A stretch of DNA of 48,188 nt from Candidatus Heimdallarchaeota archaeon (GCA_030611665.1 JAUWPI010000002.1:1-48188); one strand, 5' to 3'. Positions 36,096 through 46,178 are shown, counted from the stretch's first letter. Made by a program: numbers and translations. Notes: generated by a model not told the origin, from the sequence alone.

Positions 36096-36578
36096 TTATC
36101 TTTTATGTTTATCAAAAATAACCTCTGGTATATCTAACCATCCGGACCGTAGAATCGGATCTGAATAGTCTTCAACATAAACCACCCGTTTTATCCCTAC
36201 ATTGATGATAGCCATTGTACACCCACTACATGGTCGAGTTGTGGAATACAAGGTTGTACCCTCGGGACTTATTCCTGCACTTGCAGCTTGTAAAATAGCA
36301 TTAAGTTCGGCGTGAACAGCAGGGCAAATCTCGTTCTTTTCTCCAGATTTTTCGTATAGTTTTGTACAAGTTTTGACTGTACAATGTTTTACTCCTCTAG
36401 GCACACCATTATAACCAGTTGAAATAATTTGTTTGTTATCGTTTACAAGAACAGCTCCAACTTGTCTTCTGATACAAGTCGCTCTTGTTTTCACAATTTC
36501 CGCGATTTGAATAAAATATTCATCCCAAGAGGGTCTGTTCAATTCTTTAAACTCGAGTGAGGCTTCTTGATTTTCCAT
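36096..36578 (-). CDS. dCMP deaminase (CMP/dCMP-type zinc deaminase)
   Basis: HAELNAI and PCSGC zinc-ligand motifs. 160 aa. Confidence 0.85.
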   Translation of the reverse strand: MENQEASLEFKELNRPSWDEYFIQIAEIVKTRATCIRRQVGAVLVNDNKQIISTGYNGVPRGVKHCTVKTCTKLYEKSGEKNEICPAVHAELNAILQAASAGISPEGTTLYSTTRPCSGCTMAIINVGIKRVVYVEDYSDPILRSGWLDIPEVIFDKHKR

Positions 36579-36598
36579 TTCTGTTTCCTTCTAATTTT

Positions 36599-36937
36599 TC
36601 ATGATTTACTCTCTAATAACTTTAGATAGCGCTTTGCTTTGTTTACTAATCCTGTCGTATATAAGGGAATCAAAATTACATCTTTATCACCAATATTTGT
36701 GATTCTAGATAGAATTACCATCAGGTTTGATAAGGCTTTATGGTCACATCGAATTATCCCCGTTCCCTCTTCTTCCTTATAATTATCAAAAAATAGTCCT
36801 GCTCCTGTTGTTCCACTTATACCAAATATTGTTTGGTATTCATCCCATATTTTAGATTTTATAGATAAAAGGATTGGCAAATCTTCATTTGGTAGAACCT
36901 GGAAAACAACATATCTGTCTCGAGTGATTACAACCAT
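36599..36937 (-). CDS. rnp2: RNase P protein component Pop5 (Rnp2)
   Basis: About 112 aa with a TRDRYVVFQV start typical of Pop5. GGAGG lies 8 nt upstream of the ATG at 36937. The gene is immediately downstream of the Rpp30-like gene. Confidence 0.62.
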   Translation of the reverse strand: MVVITRDRYVVFQVLPNEDLPILLSIKSKIWDEYQTIFGISGTTGAGLFFDNYKEEEGTGIIRCDHKALSNLMVILSRITNIGDKDVILIPLYTTGLVNKAKRYLKLLESKS

Positions 36938-36938
36938 T

Positions 36939-37817
36939 TCAACTATCCTCCTTAATACCATTGACAAGATTCGATTTATCTAACTTCATTGCATTTTTTA
37001 AAGCAATTAGTAGTTGATTATCGAAAACACTCATTTTACTTCTGTTAAAGGGGATATCTAATAATTGTGCTAGGTATCTAATTTGAATTCCATTTCTTAG
37101 CTTGTAACAGGATTCAGGTTTCATAGTAAGAATGAATTGAGTGTTGGTTGAACTAATTAGCTTGAATATTTTCTTACCAGACCTAATTGCAACACTTATT
37201 CCTTTGTTATCGCTTAAAAGAAGTGGAGATAATATCAATTCAAAGCATTTATTGTGTTGTTTCATCAAAGAACACAGGGCTTTATCAATTTGTAAGTTGC
37301 TAGATATAAGATCTACTGTTATGTAATCTACTCTCCTATCATGTGCAGCCCATTTGAGGACTTTAATGTCATCGGTCTTTACTGCTATAATTTCATATTC
37401 ATTTCTTAATTCTGAAAGTTTGCGTTTTAGATTTTCTATAGAATCTTCCTCAAGTGTCTTTCTAGAGATTAAAATGTGTGTATCGAATTTCGCAGAAATT
37501 ATAGCATCTTTTATAGTTTGCTTAAAATCTATTAAATCGAATTTCACTCCTACAGTTTTGCACATTTCGACCATCGATGTGATAGAATATTTCTTTGCTT
37601 CTTCTGAGGTAATTAGTTCGTTCACATTACCAAGATTAAAGCCATCTACTGAAAAGAGATTTATTCTTAATGGTTTAACAATGTCAGAGAAAAGTTTCAG
37701 ATTTCTTAGAATGTCCGCAGAAACATAATTTTCACAAGATAAAACCGAATCGGACATGAATGCTTCTGGGTCTTTCATGTATTTTCCTCTAGAAGTAAGA
37801 GATTGTTGTTTCTTCAA
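36939..37817 (-). CDS. rnp3: RNase P protein component Rpp30 (Rnp3), PHP/TIM-barrel-like
   Basis: YEIIAVKTDD...RVDYITVDL...CFELILSPLL...ILTMKP blocks align by eye with archaeal Rpp30. It is adjacent to pop5. The start is uncertain (TTG 37817 or ATG 37778). Confidence 0.58.
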   Translation of the reverse strand: MKKQQSLTSRGKYMKDPEAFMSDSVLSCENYVSADILRNLKLFSDIVKPLRINLFSVDGFNLGNVNELITSEEAKKYSITSMVEMCKTVGVKFDLIDFKQTIKDAIISAKFDTHILISRKTLEEDSIENLKRKLSELRNEYEIIAVKTDDIKVLKWAAHDRRVDYITVDLISSNLQIDKALCSLMKQHNKCFELILSPLLLSDNKGISVAIRSGKKIFKLISSTNTQFILTMKPESCYKLRNGIQIRYLAQLLDIPFNRSKMSVFDNQLLIALKNAMKLDKSNLVNGIKEDS

Positions 37818-37995
37818 AAACTTTACTTCTATTAAGAGGAATTAAAGGAAATGAAAAACATTAAATAGTTAAATTTTGACAGTGCTTTAAATCGCAAAGC
37901 TAAAAATTAATAAACGCATTGAGATAAAACACTCTGGTTACTAATAATCCACTCATATATTTGAACTGGAAAAAGAACAAGGGGATACACAGAAG

Positions 37996-38532
37996 ATGAG
38001 TATATATCAAACACTTTGGAAAAATGATAAAAACAGAACACTTCTTATTAGTTCAATTATTGTTATAGGGACCTTGATTATAGCCATTATATTTGCTTCT
38101 CTCAACTATAATACTGCAGGTTTCTTGAAGATATGGTATTTTATCGATCAAGATGAGAGACATTATAGCTGGGGTTTAGTTATGGCAGAAGCAATTCTAT
38201 TATCGTTGTTTTACTTCTTCCTGTTGATTTCATTAGCAACTTTGAGTGAAATAAGAGCCAAACTTCCGTCATGGAGCACTTTTGTTCCAAGCTCAATAAT
38301 CTCAATTCTAGTTACATGGTTGATTACATCCATTCGTCCAAGAGGTGGAGGTTTACCAACTAACTTTACTTCTGGAATGCAATGGACTATTTTTGGTGTA
38401 CTAATTGTAGTAATAATCGCTTCAATTTTTTACATGTTTTTCTTAGAAGAAGAAAAAGTAGATAAGCTGAAAAAAGTAAAAGAAGTAAAATCTACCAAGA
38501 AGAAAACTAAAGCTGAAAAAAAGAAAGATTAA
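37996..38532 (+). CDS. Four-TM membrane protein with a Lys-rich C-terminal tail
   Basis: Hydrophobic helices followed by EEEKVDKLKKVKEVKSTKKKTKAEKKKD. Confidence 0.5.
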   Translation: MSIYQTLWKNDKNRTLLISSIIVIGTLIIAIIFASLNYNTAGFLKIWYFIDQDERHYSWGLVMAEAILLSLFYFFLLISLATLSEIRAKLPSWSTFVPSSIISILVTWLITSIRPRGGGLPTNFTSGMQWTIFGVLIVVIIASIFYMFFLEEEKVDKLKKVKEVKSTKKKTKAEKKKD

Positions 38533-38571
38533 ATCGTTTTTCTTTTAATTTTCGATTATGTATAAAAAGAA

Positions 38572-38979
38572 TTATTCGGAACCGCTTCCTTCAATTAACT
38601 CATTGAGAGGTTTGCTTCCGTTCTTTGATACTTTCATATTGATTTGATAAGATGCTTCTGAAAGCATGTTACCACGTACAGATTTCCTTATTCTTCGTCC
38701 CTTTCTATGAACTTTGTAACCAATTCCACCACTCAAGAGATACTTTCTTCTTCCAGCTCCTTGAATGTTTGATCGATAGGGGAAACCATCACGGTCGCTT
38801 CCACCTGTAATTATGAACTCATATGCAGGAAAGCCCATTAAATTGCCATCTATTTTATCACCGATTTTTAAACCTATCAAGGCAGTTGCTTGAGCGTCTC
38901 TTACAATTTTTGAAAAGCACTTTCCTTCATTATCGCCAATGTTAATCTTAAATTCGAGTTGTCTTGATTTTTCTGACAT
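38572..38979 (-). CDS. rps6e: Ribosomal protein eS6 (S6e)
   Basis: ITGGSDRDGFPYR...GRRKYLL...KGRRIRKSVRGN. Confidence 0.9.
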   Translation of the reverse strand: MSEKSRQLEFKINIGDNEGKCFSKIVRDAQATALIGLKIGDKIDGNLMGFPAYEFIITGGSDRDGFPYRSNIQGAGRRKYLLSGGIGYKVHRKGRRIRKSVRGNMLSEASYQINMKVSKNGSKPLNELIEGSGSE

Positions 38980-39160
38980 TTTTCACGCCTCGTAACATAA
39001 TTACTAGAGGTTTATAGCTTTACCTAATAACATTTGCAAAGATTATTGTTTTTAACAGTTTTCATATTTAACCAAATTCATTCTTTGAGTATTTTCCTAC
39101 TAGAAGATTTCTAATTAAACAAATATGTTATTAGTTCACATAAAGGATAATTCAGCCAAA

Positions 39161-39168
39161 TTTAAATA
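39161..39168 (+). promoter_or_regulatory. Putative TATA box (TTTAAATA) of tfb with a purine-rich BRE-like upstream flank
   Basis: TTTAAATA lies 50 nt upstream of the tfb ATG and is preceded by ccaaa. GGTG lies 8 nt upstream of the ATG. Confidence 0.4.
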
Positions 39169-39210
39169 GGGGACAGCTAAAATATACCAAGGACAGTATC
39201 TGGTGTAATT

Positions 39211-40158
39211 ATGCCCTCGCAACCAATTAATATTCTAACTAGTTCTGAGCCATCTATGCCAAGATGCCCTGATTGTAATTCTAACAAATTAGCTTTTGAT
39301 TCAACCAGAGGAGAAGTAAGTTGTGGGAGCTGTGGATTAGTAGTAGAAGATTCTTATATAGATCAAACAGCTGAATGGCGTGCCTATACAAAGGAACAGC
39401 ATGTTAATAGAGCCAGAACAGGGACTCCAAAAAACCTTCTAAGTTACGACCATTATGGAACTTTAATTGATTATTCTAACAGAGACATTTTTGGAAACTC
39501 TTTATCTCCTGAAAAGGCTAGTCAAATGTTTAGATTAAGAACCTTGCAAAGAAGAGCTGTTCTTCAATATGGAACCGAAAGGAACTTACTAAGAGCTTTG
39601 AATGAGATTAAAAGAATTAGTAGTCAATTAAATCTAACTTTGAAAGTAAGGGAAACTGCAGCAATGATCTATCGAAAAATACTCAAAACAGGATTGGTTC
39701 GAGGACGTTCAACAGAAGCTTTAGTTTCTGCAGCACTCTATCTTGCTTGTAGACTACACAAACACCCAGCAAGTTTGGAAGATGTTTCAGACAAAACAAG
39801 ATTAAGCAAAAAGAAATTAGCTAGAAATTTCAGATTACTTCTAAAACATCTAGATTTGAAGATGCCGCTAGCAAGCCCCGATAGCAGTATTGCAAAGTTT
39901 GCTTCAATACTCAATTTTTCACCCAAAGTATTAATAGAAGCTCAAGAAATACTTGCAAGGGCAAAAGAGGCAAAAATAACTGTAGGAAAGAATCCCAACT
40001 CACTTGCTGCAGCAGCATTATATATTGCGGCAATTCAAAATAAGACAAAATGTCCACAGAACGAAATCGCTAAGACTTGCCAAATAACAGAGGTTACACT
40101 TAGAAATAGATACAAGGAATTTATTCGTGTCTTGGATATAAAAATCAGTTTGAGCTAA
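39211..40158 (+). CDS. tfb: Transcription initiation factor IIB (TFB)
   Basis: N-terminal zinc ribbon CPDCNSNKLAFDSTRGEVSCGSCGLV, a B-reader/linker, and two cyclin-fold repeats (RGRSTEALVSAALYLACR / NPNSLAAAALYIAA). Confidence 0.95.
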   Translation: MPSQPINILTSSEPSMPRCPDCNSNKLAFDSTRGEVSCGSCGLVVEDSYIDQTAEWRAYTKEQHVNRARTGTPKNLLSYDHYGTLIDYSNRDIFGNSLSPEKASQMFRLRTLQRRAVLQYGTERNLLRALNEIKRISSQLNLTLKVRETAAMIYRKILKTGLVRGRSTEALVSAALYLACRLHKHPASLEDVSDKTRLSKKKLARNFRLLLKHLDLKMPLASPDSSIAKFASILNFSPKVLIEAQEILARAKEAKITVGKNPNSLAAAALYIAAIQNKTKCPQNEIAKTCQITEVTLRNRYKEFIRVLDIKISLS

Positions 40159-40160
40159 AA

Positions 40161-40577
40161 TTAGTTTGAGCTATGAACCTTTTCAAGCTTTATTTCCTTA
40201 ATTTCAGCTATTGATTGAAGAATTTCTTCAATATCGGTTATTGGTTTTGTTAGATCCTTTTCTTGTAAGAAACCTTCCCAGAAACATCTATTTTCAACTA
40301 AACACAGCCCTGTACTATAAACAACTTTAGTTGAGAATTCTGCAATCTTCGTCATTATTTTGGCAACTATTTCCGGTGTAAGTGGGAAAATCTGGATGCT
40401 TAGTTTGTAGACATCTGAAGAAACTGGGAAGAAATAAAGCGCTCTAGCGTTTGTTGAATATATACTTAGAATATTGCTGTTTTTAGAAACCTCTGATAGT
40501 GCGTTTAATATCTCATCGGATATTGTTATATTATTAGTCGTATCATAAATTGAAGAAAAGGTTAGTTGTTCCAACAT
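40161..40577 (-). CDS. Hypothetical protein, possibly with an ACT-like C-terminal half
   Basis: 138-aa ORF convergent with tfb. A beta-alpha-beta-beta-alpha-beta-like pattern runs from LSIQIFPLTPEIVAKIMTKIAEF to IKEIKLEKV. No firm family assignment. Confidence 0.35.
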   Translation of the reverse strand: MLEQLTFSSIYDTTNNITISDEILNALSEVSKNSNILSIYSTNARALYFFPVSSDVYKLSIQIFPLTPEIVAKIMTKIAEFSTKVVYSTGLCLVENRCFWEGFLQEKDLTKPITDIEEILQSIAEIKEIKLEKVHSSN

Positions 40578-40709
40578 ATTATCACCAATTGTACTATCAT
40601 TTATTGTTATCTACTATCAACTTGTAACATTTAAACTCTTTCTTACTGATAAAGCAAAAAATACTCTTAAACATGGAAAGACTAAAAATATCTATTTCAA
40701 AAGCTAGTT

Positions 40710-41300
40710 GTGAAGGAAGTATATTTTATAACACATAATAAACACAAATATGAAGAAGCTTCTGAAATAGCGAAAAACTACAAAATGTCTGTAGAATGGG
40801 TTGATATTGAATATGAGGAAATACAAGCAAATAATTTAGAAGATATTGCACTAGCTAGTTGTAAAAACCTCATACAAACAAAGCCTGAATTGAAGAAGAA
40901 GCATTTTTTTGTTGAAGATGCCGGATTATTCATAGAATCGTTGAATGGCTTCCCTGGTCCCTATTCTGCTTTTATATTTCAAACATTGGGGAATGAAGGG
41001 ATTTTAAATCTCATGAAAAGTGAAGAAAATAGAGTTGCGTATTTTAAATCAGTTATAGCTTATTTTGCTAATGGGAAAATCAAACTGTTTGTTGGGAAAA
41101 CAAAAGGGACAATTTTCACGGAAAAAAGAGGAGTAAAAGGTTTTGGTTTTGATCCTATTTTCTTAACAGCAGATGAAGGATTAACCTTTGCAGAGATGTC
41201 ACTTACAACCAAGAATTTATATTCCCATCGCCAAAAGTCACTTCGTGAAATGTTCACCTCGTTAACCACCTTCGAGAACAAAACAGTATCTGGTGAATAA
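40710..41300 (+). CDS. Non-canonical purine NTP pyrophosphatase (Ham1/RdgB/ITPase)
   Basis: FITHNKHKYEE, FFVEDAGLFIESLNGFPGPYSA, GFGFDPIF, SHR. GTG start. Confidence 0.9.
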   Translation: MKEVYFITHNKHKYEEASEIAKNYKMSVEWVDIEYEEIQANNLEDIALASCKNLIQTKPELKKKHFFVEDAGLFIESLNGFPGPYSAFIFQTLGNEGILNLMKSEENRVAYFKSVIAYFANGKIKLFVGKTKGTIFTEKRGVKGFGFDPIFLTADEGLTFAEMSLTTKNLYSHRQKSLREMFTSLTTFENKTVSGE

Positions 41301-41301
41301 T

Positions 41302-41754
41302 ATGGCAAGAATGCATGCACGGAAACGTGGAAAAGCTAGTTCAACAAGAGCTTATAGAGATCAAGCTCCTGAATGGATGGCTATAGACAAGAAAGAAATT
41401 GCAAAAAAGGTTGAAGAATTAAAAAGACAAGGTCTTTCTGCAGCAATGATAGGAGTAATTCTAAGAGATCAATATGGTGTCACTGGCGTCAAAGAAGTAT
41501 TAGGAAAGAAACTGGCAACAGTTGTAGAAGAATTAAATTTACAACCAAAATATCCTGAAGATTTAACCAACTTAGTCAGAAAAGCTATGCACCTAAGAAA
41601 GCATCTTGAAGAAAACAAAAAAGATCTTCATAGTAAAAGGGGATTGCAATTAATCGAAGCTAAAATACGACGTTTAGTTAAATACTACAAAAAGAAAGGT
41701 ATTTTCCCAACAGATTGGAAATACGATCCAAAAACTGCAGGGCTTTTACTATAA
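41302..41754 (+). CDS. rps15: Ribosomal protein uS15 (S15P/S13e)
   Basis: MARMHARKRGKASSTR...DLHSKRGLQLIEAKIRRL. The ATG lies 1 nt after the ITPase stop. Confidence 0.95.
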   Translation: MARMHARKRGKASSTRAYRDQAPEWMAIDKKEIAKKVEELKRQGLSAAMIGVILRDQYGVTGVKEVLGKKLATVVEELNLQPKYPEDLTNLVRKAMHLRKHLEENKKDLHSKRGLQLIEAKIRRLVKYYKKKGIFPTDWKYDPKTAGLLL

Positions 41755-41800
41755 GATTCGATACTCTTTTATTTTTTAATACATTTCTGTTTTCTAAATT

Positions 41801-43351
41801 GTGAATCTTATGACAGCTAATGATGGACTTTATAATAAATATCAATTGTTAAAAAAGAAAGCTAAGAAAATTGCACAATTTTTGGTCGATTCTGAAGATA
41901 ATGTTGCTATAGTTACTTTAGAAACCCCAGATAATCTCTGCGCAACAGGGATATTATTACTAAATTTAAAGGAACAGAAGATAGGATCTCAAGTTATATA
42001 TGCAAAGGAAAAAGACCAACTTGAAAAAAGAATCAAAAAGTTAGATTGTCAAACCATAGTTTTCATTGGGCTTAGTCTTAGGGAAATGCCTCTTGGTATC
42101 CTCAAGGATAGCGATAAAAAGAGAATAATGATACATCATGAGTTATCCAAGAAAGAACTGGAAAAAATATCCAAAGAGAACATAGAAGAATTATCTCTAA
42201 AAGGAATTGATTTACCAACAAATACTATCTCAAATGCTGGTTTAAGTTACTTCATATCAGCGGGTTTTAATGGTGATTATCAGAAACATTCCCACTTAGC
42301 TATTATTGGTAGTTTAGCAAAAAGGCAAGTGAACAATAAAGATCAAAAATTAATTGGATTAAATGGAATTATACTTGAGGAAGGTAAGAAAGAACAGTTT
42401 CTAACGGTGACCAAAGGCACAAGGATAGCCGGACGAGAAAGTCAACCCATTCATCTTGCACTCAAATATTCAATAAATCCCTACTTTCCTGGATTAACAG
42501 GAAATGAAAGCGCATGCACTTCTTTCTTATCTCGAACAGGTATCACAATGAAAGATCAAGAAGATGAGTGGAGGAGCATTGCTTCTTTGAGCTCTGAAGA
42601 GACGAAAAAACTTAATGATGGTCTTATTTCAATTCTCATGGAGAATAAAGATTACTCGCTTAGTGACATAAAAAAACTAATAGGACCGATATACATAATT
42701 GAAAACGAATCAGAACACAACCCAACTCGCAATATTGAGGAATTTTTATGGTTATTAGAAGGCGGTTGTCAAATAGGTAAATATGGTTTAGTTTTAGCTG
42801 TTATTTTGGGGGACAGAGAGAACTTATTTGATCAACTCAACAGTAACTTAAGTGATTATCATGGGCGAGCAACACTTGTAATAGATGAAATAGCTCAGAA
42901 ACCAGAGATAATTGAAGAGAAACGATACTACCGTATGATAAAAGGAGATAATATCTTGGATAAAGAAACAGCACCAGCAATAATTAATGCCCTTGTTGAA
43001 AGCAAGACGATTCCTATAGATATCCCAGTATTAGCATCTCTCAACCAAAATGAAGAGACTTATCTTTTTGTTCATGAATCACCTTTACAACAGAAAAAAG
43101 GGATAAAATTACACCATATTTTTCAAGAAGCTGCAAATAGCAAATTGGTAAAGAAATTATCCAAAGAAGGTGATTTCTTCGAAGTTATTGTTGAAACAGA
43201 TAATTTTTCTGATTTAATAAAAAATATTGAAGAAACTCTTGAATATCATCATGAAGGAACCAAAGAAAAGAAAGAAGAAGAGAAGAAATCAGAATCCTCA
43301 ACGAAAAAGCAAGTATCCAAGAAGAAGAAAGAGCACCAAGATAAGAAATAA
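41801..43351 (+). CDS. RecJ/GAN (Cdc45-like) DHH-superfamily homolog with degenerate catalytic motifs and a K/E-rich tail
   Basis: There is strong by-eye similarity to archaeal GAN in the central region (GRESQPIHLALKYSINPYFPGLTGNE; SNAGLSYFIS; HLAIIGSL). The DHH motifs are altered. DxDG is replaced by TPDN, motif II D by G (IVFIGLS), DHH by IHH, motif IV GD by AK, and no GGGH is present. The gene is adjacent to rps15. An alternative ATG lies at 41810. Confidence 0.6.
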   Translation: MNLMTANDGLYNKYQLLKKKAKKIAQFLVDSEDNVAIVTLETPDNLCATGILLLNLKEQKIGSQVIYAKEKDQLEKRIKKLDCQTIVFIGLSLREMPLGILKDSDKKRIMIHHELSKKELEKISKENIEELSLKGIDLPTNTISNAGLSYFISAGFNGDYQKHSHLAIIGSLAKRQVNNKDQKLIGLNGIILEEGKKEQFLTVTKGTRIAGRESQPIHLALKYSINPYFPGLTGNESACTSFLSRTGITMKDQEDEWRSIASLSSEETKKLNDGLISILMENKDYSLSDIKKLIGPIYIIENESEHNPTRNIEEFLWLLEGGCQIGKYGLVLAVILGDRENLFDQLNSNLSDYHGRATLVIDEIAQKPEIIEEKRYYRMIKGDNILDKETAPAIINALVESKTIPIDIPVLASLNQNEETYLFVHESPLQQKKGIKLHHIFQEAANSKLVKKLSKEGDFFEVIVETDNFSDLIKNIEETLEYHHEGTKEKKEEEKKSESSTKKQVSKKKKEHQDKK

Positions 43352-43377
43352 AATAGCAAATAAAATGCAAAGTAGAG

Positions 43378-43656
43378 ATGAGAACCTTGAAACTAGATTC
43401 GACACAAGTTCAAATTACAATAGGTTGTATAAATCCAGAACTAGCAGAAATTATAGTTAAGGGATTAGAACCTGAGAATTCTTTACTAGATGACGACACA
43501 AAAATAATAATGAAGAGAGACGGAAAGAATGTTGAAATCAGTATCGAATCCAGTGCAAAGATATCATCAATACGATACACATTGGATGATATTCTAAATA
43601 CAATTTCTACAATAGAGAAAGTATTCTTATCTGCGAACAAACTTGAAGAGCAATAG
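43378..43656 (+). CDS. Second Pcc1-family protein (Pcc1/Pcc2-like KEOPS subunit)
   Basis: VQITIGCINPELAEIIVKGLEPEN...GKNVEISIESSAKISSIRYTLDDILNTISTIEKV follows the Pcc1 beta-alpha-beta-beta-alpha pattern. It is collinear by eye with 20721-20996. Confidence 0.58.
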   Translation: MRTLKLDSTQVQITIGCINPELAEIIVKGLEPENSLLDDDTKIIMKRDGKNVEISIESSAKISSIRYTLDDILNTISTIEKVFLSANKLEEQ

Positions 43657-43739
43657 TCCGTATAGAAAAACAAGTCATTAACAACAATAAAAGATAATAG
43701 TCTTCTTAATCATAATATTTAAAACCAAACTAAAGAAGA

Positions 43740-44372
43740 ATGAAACAACTTACAGAGGTTAAATTATTGTCGTCACGAAAATCCACACGTAAAAGTAGAA
43801 GTAAGGTTGTAGATAAGTGGAAAGAAAAATCTTGGTATCAAGTAATGTCACCTGGATACATTGTAGAAAAATCTCTAGGTGAAACACCTGCAAGTGATCC
43901 GGAATTATTGCCGGGTAGAGTCATTGAAATGGCAAAATTAGGTGTCTTATCTGACATGTTCAATGATATCAATCTAAAAATCAGATTCAGAATTACAGCT
44001 GTTGAAGGTAATGTATGTAGAACCGAATTTGCAGGACATGAAGTTGCAAAAGAACAAATAAGGTCCCAAATTCGCAGAAATCGTTCTAAAATCGAATCAA
44101 TACAAAATGTTTCCACAAAAGACAGAGCAAGATTAAGAGTGTCTTCTATCATAATTACTCCTATTAGATGCGGAACAAGTACACAAAAGATTGTAAGGAA
44201 AACAATCGGAGATCTTATCAAAACCAGAGCTAAAGAGCAAATGTTCACAGATTTTGCTAAAAACATGGTAAACGGCGATATTGCCAAAGAAGTCCGAGAA
44301 GCAGTTAGCAAAATTTTCCCTGTAGTTATGGCTGATATAAGAAAAAGTAAAGTAATTACTTTACCTAGTTAA
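43740..44372 (+). CDS. rps3ae: Ribosomal protein eS1 (S3Ae)
   Basis: VVDKWKEKSWYQVMSP...GRVIE...LKIRFRI... Confidence 0.9.
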   Translation: MKQLTEVKLLSSRKSTRKSRSKVVDKWKEKSWYQVMSPGYIVEKSLGETPASDPELLPGRVIEMAKLGVLSDMFNDINLKIRFRITAVEGNVCRTEFAGHEVAKEQIRSQIRRNRSKIESIQNVSTKDRARLRVSSIIITPIRCGTSTQKIVRKTIGDLIKTRAKEQMFTDFAKNMVNGDIAKEVREAVSKIFPVVMADIRKSKVITLPS

Positions 44373-44402
44373 ACGCAGCAATAGCTGCTATATGATTTGA
44401 TT

Positions 44403-45602
44403 TTATTTCGCTGCAGATACGATTTTAATTATATCGTTATTTTGGAGTTCATAATCAGCACCTATTCTTCTACCTGAAGGAGCTAACTGACCATGGATAA
44501 AATTCTTGGCAAAGTCTGTATGTACTTTTGCTGCAAATTCTATAGCTGTTGTTCCTTTAGGTACTAAATAAGCATCAGGGAGAACATTTCCCAATTTATC
44601 TGCCAATTTGCTGGTATCTTCTACAGGATATACAACGATCATATTAAGCAAATTGAACACAACGTAAGAGAGAATTGCTTGCACTCCTGTTGAACCATAC
44701 TTTTTTAGCAGACTCTCATCAATTTTTTCCAACAATAGTGTTTTTTGTTCGCCTAATTTTTCCTGATCAAGAATTTTGTAAGTAGAATTGCCAGGATTAT
44801 ATGAAATGGTACCCTTTTCTTGTTCAGAACGCAAAAATACTTCAGCAAGAGCAGCTGCTGGAAAAACATCTATACTCAGATTTTCCTTTAACTTGTTTAG
44901 ATTATCTTCGGCTTTTGGTTGATCTATTTTATTTGCAACTATTACCATAGGTTTTGCTTTCTTTCTTATCGCTGTAACGAGTTCTGCTAATTTATCATCC
45001 CATGTTGAAGCATCATCATTGATTATTCCAACATCACGTATAGCATCATCTATAATGCGTTTCTTAACAGCTAAACCTGTCAGTTTTTCGTGAAGTAGCG
45101 TGGAAAGATGTAATTTCTCTGCTAGAGCTTTTTTCTTCATCATCACATAATCCCGTTGAATGATAGCCAAAATCCACGCATCAATTTCATTAGCCAAAAA
45201 AACCACATCATTAAGAGGATCCCAACTACCCTTATCAATTGGATTGCCTTCAGCATCAAGCGACCCGCTAGCATCGACTATATGAAGCAAAATATCAGCT
45301 TGGCGTAAATCATCTAAGAATTTATTCCCCAGTCCTCTTCCTTCTGATGCTCCTGGAACCAATCCTGCAACATCTAAAAAGCTTACCGGAAGAAATCTGA
45401 TACCATCTTTACACTTAGAATTTTTAGGATTATCTTCAACTTCATGAATTTTGCACATGCAAGGACTACGTACATAAGCTGTTCCACGGTTCGGTTTAAC
45501 GGTCGTAAATGGATAATCTCCAACTTTTGCATCAACCATAGTCAAAGCATTAAGAAATGTGCTTTTACCACAACTTGGTTTTCCAACTATACCTATTAAC
45601 AT
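44403..45602 (-). CDS. Obg-like (YchF/Ygr210-type) GTPase with a TGS-like C-terminus
   Basis: G1 [13 protein letters not shown]3 [13 protein letters not shown]4 NKID, and a C-terminal beta-grasp-like [10 protein letters not shown]. Confidence 0.85.
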   Translation of the reverse strand: MLIGIVGKPSCGKSTFLNALTMVDAKVGDYPFTTVKPNRGTAYVRSPCMCKIHEVEDNPKNSKCKDGIRFLPVSFLDVAGLVPGASEGRGLGNKFLDDLRQADILLHIVDASGSLDAEGNPIDKGSWDPLNDVVFLANEIDAWILAIIQRDYVMMKKKALAEKLHLSTLLHEKLTGLAVKKRIIDDAIRDVGIINDDASTWDDKLAELVTAIRKKAKPMVIVANKIDQPKAEDNLNKLKENLSIDVFPAAALAEVFLRSEQEKGTISYNPGNSTYKILDQEKLGEQKTLLLEKIDESLLKKYGSTGVQAILSYVVFNLLNMIVVYPVEDTSKLADKLGNVLPDAYLVPKGTTAIEFAAKVHTDFAKNFIHGQLAPSGRRIGADYELQNNDIIKIVSAAK

Positions 45603-45717
45603 TAGATGAACGTAATCTTAATCGAATAAAGGTTTTTTGTAAAATATCGATACTCGAGCTTCTTTTATTGAAGTATGATATCTCAACCTTTTTTAGATTA
45701 TCAATAATCACTGAATT

Positions 45718-46089
45718 ATGAAAAACGATAACCCTGAAGACACTAGTGAAGGTAGGGTTGAAGACGAAATAGAAGAAGAAGAATTTCAAGACGTGTTTCC
45801 AGCTCTTTTCCGCGAAATTAAAGATGGTGAAAAAGGCATAATGAAAGAGGAACATCGTACTAGTGCCGGTTCAAAGAAAGAAAGAAAATTCAGAGAGCAT
45901 ACACCTGGTGCAATAGATTTCATCTGTCGATGTAAATCAGAACAAGAGGCTGAAGAGATCATAGATTATTTATTGAAGAAAGGAGATATAACAGAAGAAC
46001 ATGCAAATAATCTTAAAAAACAACTTCAGGAGAAGGGGCTAGAATACTTTGGAGAAAACAGAGGTCCAGGTTATTATGAACGAGCATAA
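45718..46089 (+). CDS. Small acidic conserved-archaeal-type hypothetical protein (possibly DUF2095-like)
   Basis: 123 aa. The segment GAIDFICRCKSEQEAEEIIDYLLKKGDITEEHANNLKKQL resembles that family as recalled from memory. Not verified. Confidence 0.4.
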   Translation: MKNDNPEDTSEGRVEDEIEEEEFQDVFPALFREIKDGEKGIMKEEHRTSAGSKKERKFREHTPGAIDFICRCKSEQEAEEIIDYLLKKGDITEEHANNLKKQLQEKGLEYFGENRGPGYYERA

Positions 46090-46178
46090 TTTTTTGTTAA
46101 GACACCGATTATTCTATCAATTTTATAATAATATCAGGTAACAAGGATAAACTTAGATAGTAAAAAAAGAAAAGGAAA

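Noticed and set aside
43838-44311. 157-aa minus-strand ORF inside rps3ae
   Set aside because: It lies entirely antisense to a confidently identified ribosomal protein gene and has no recognisable motifs. It is a shadow ORF. The same reasoning applies to 33406-33738 (in ileS), 37354-37728 (in rpp30), 28538-28870 (in the SDR gene), 17500-17775 and 18305-18574 (in the exosome genes).
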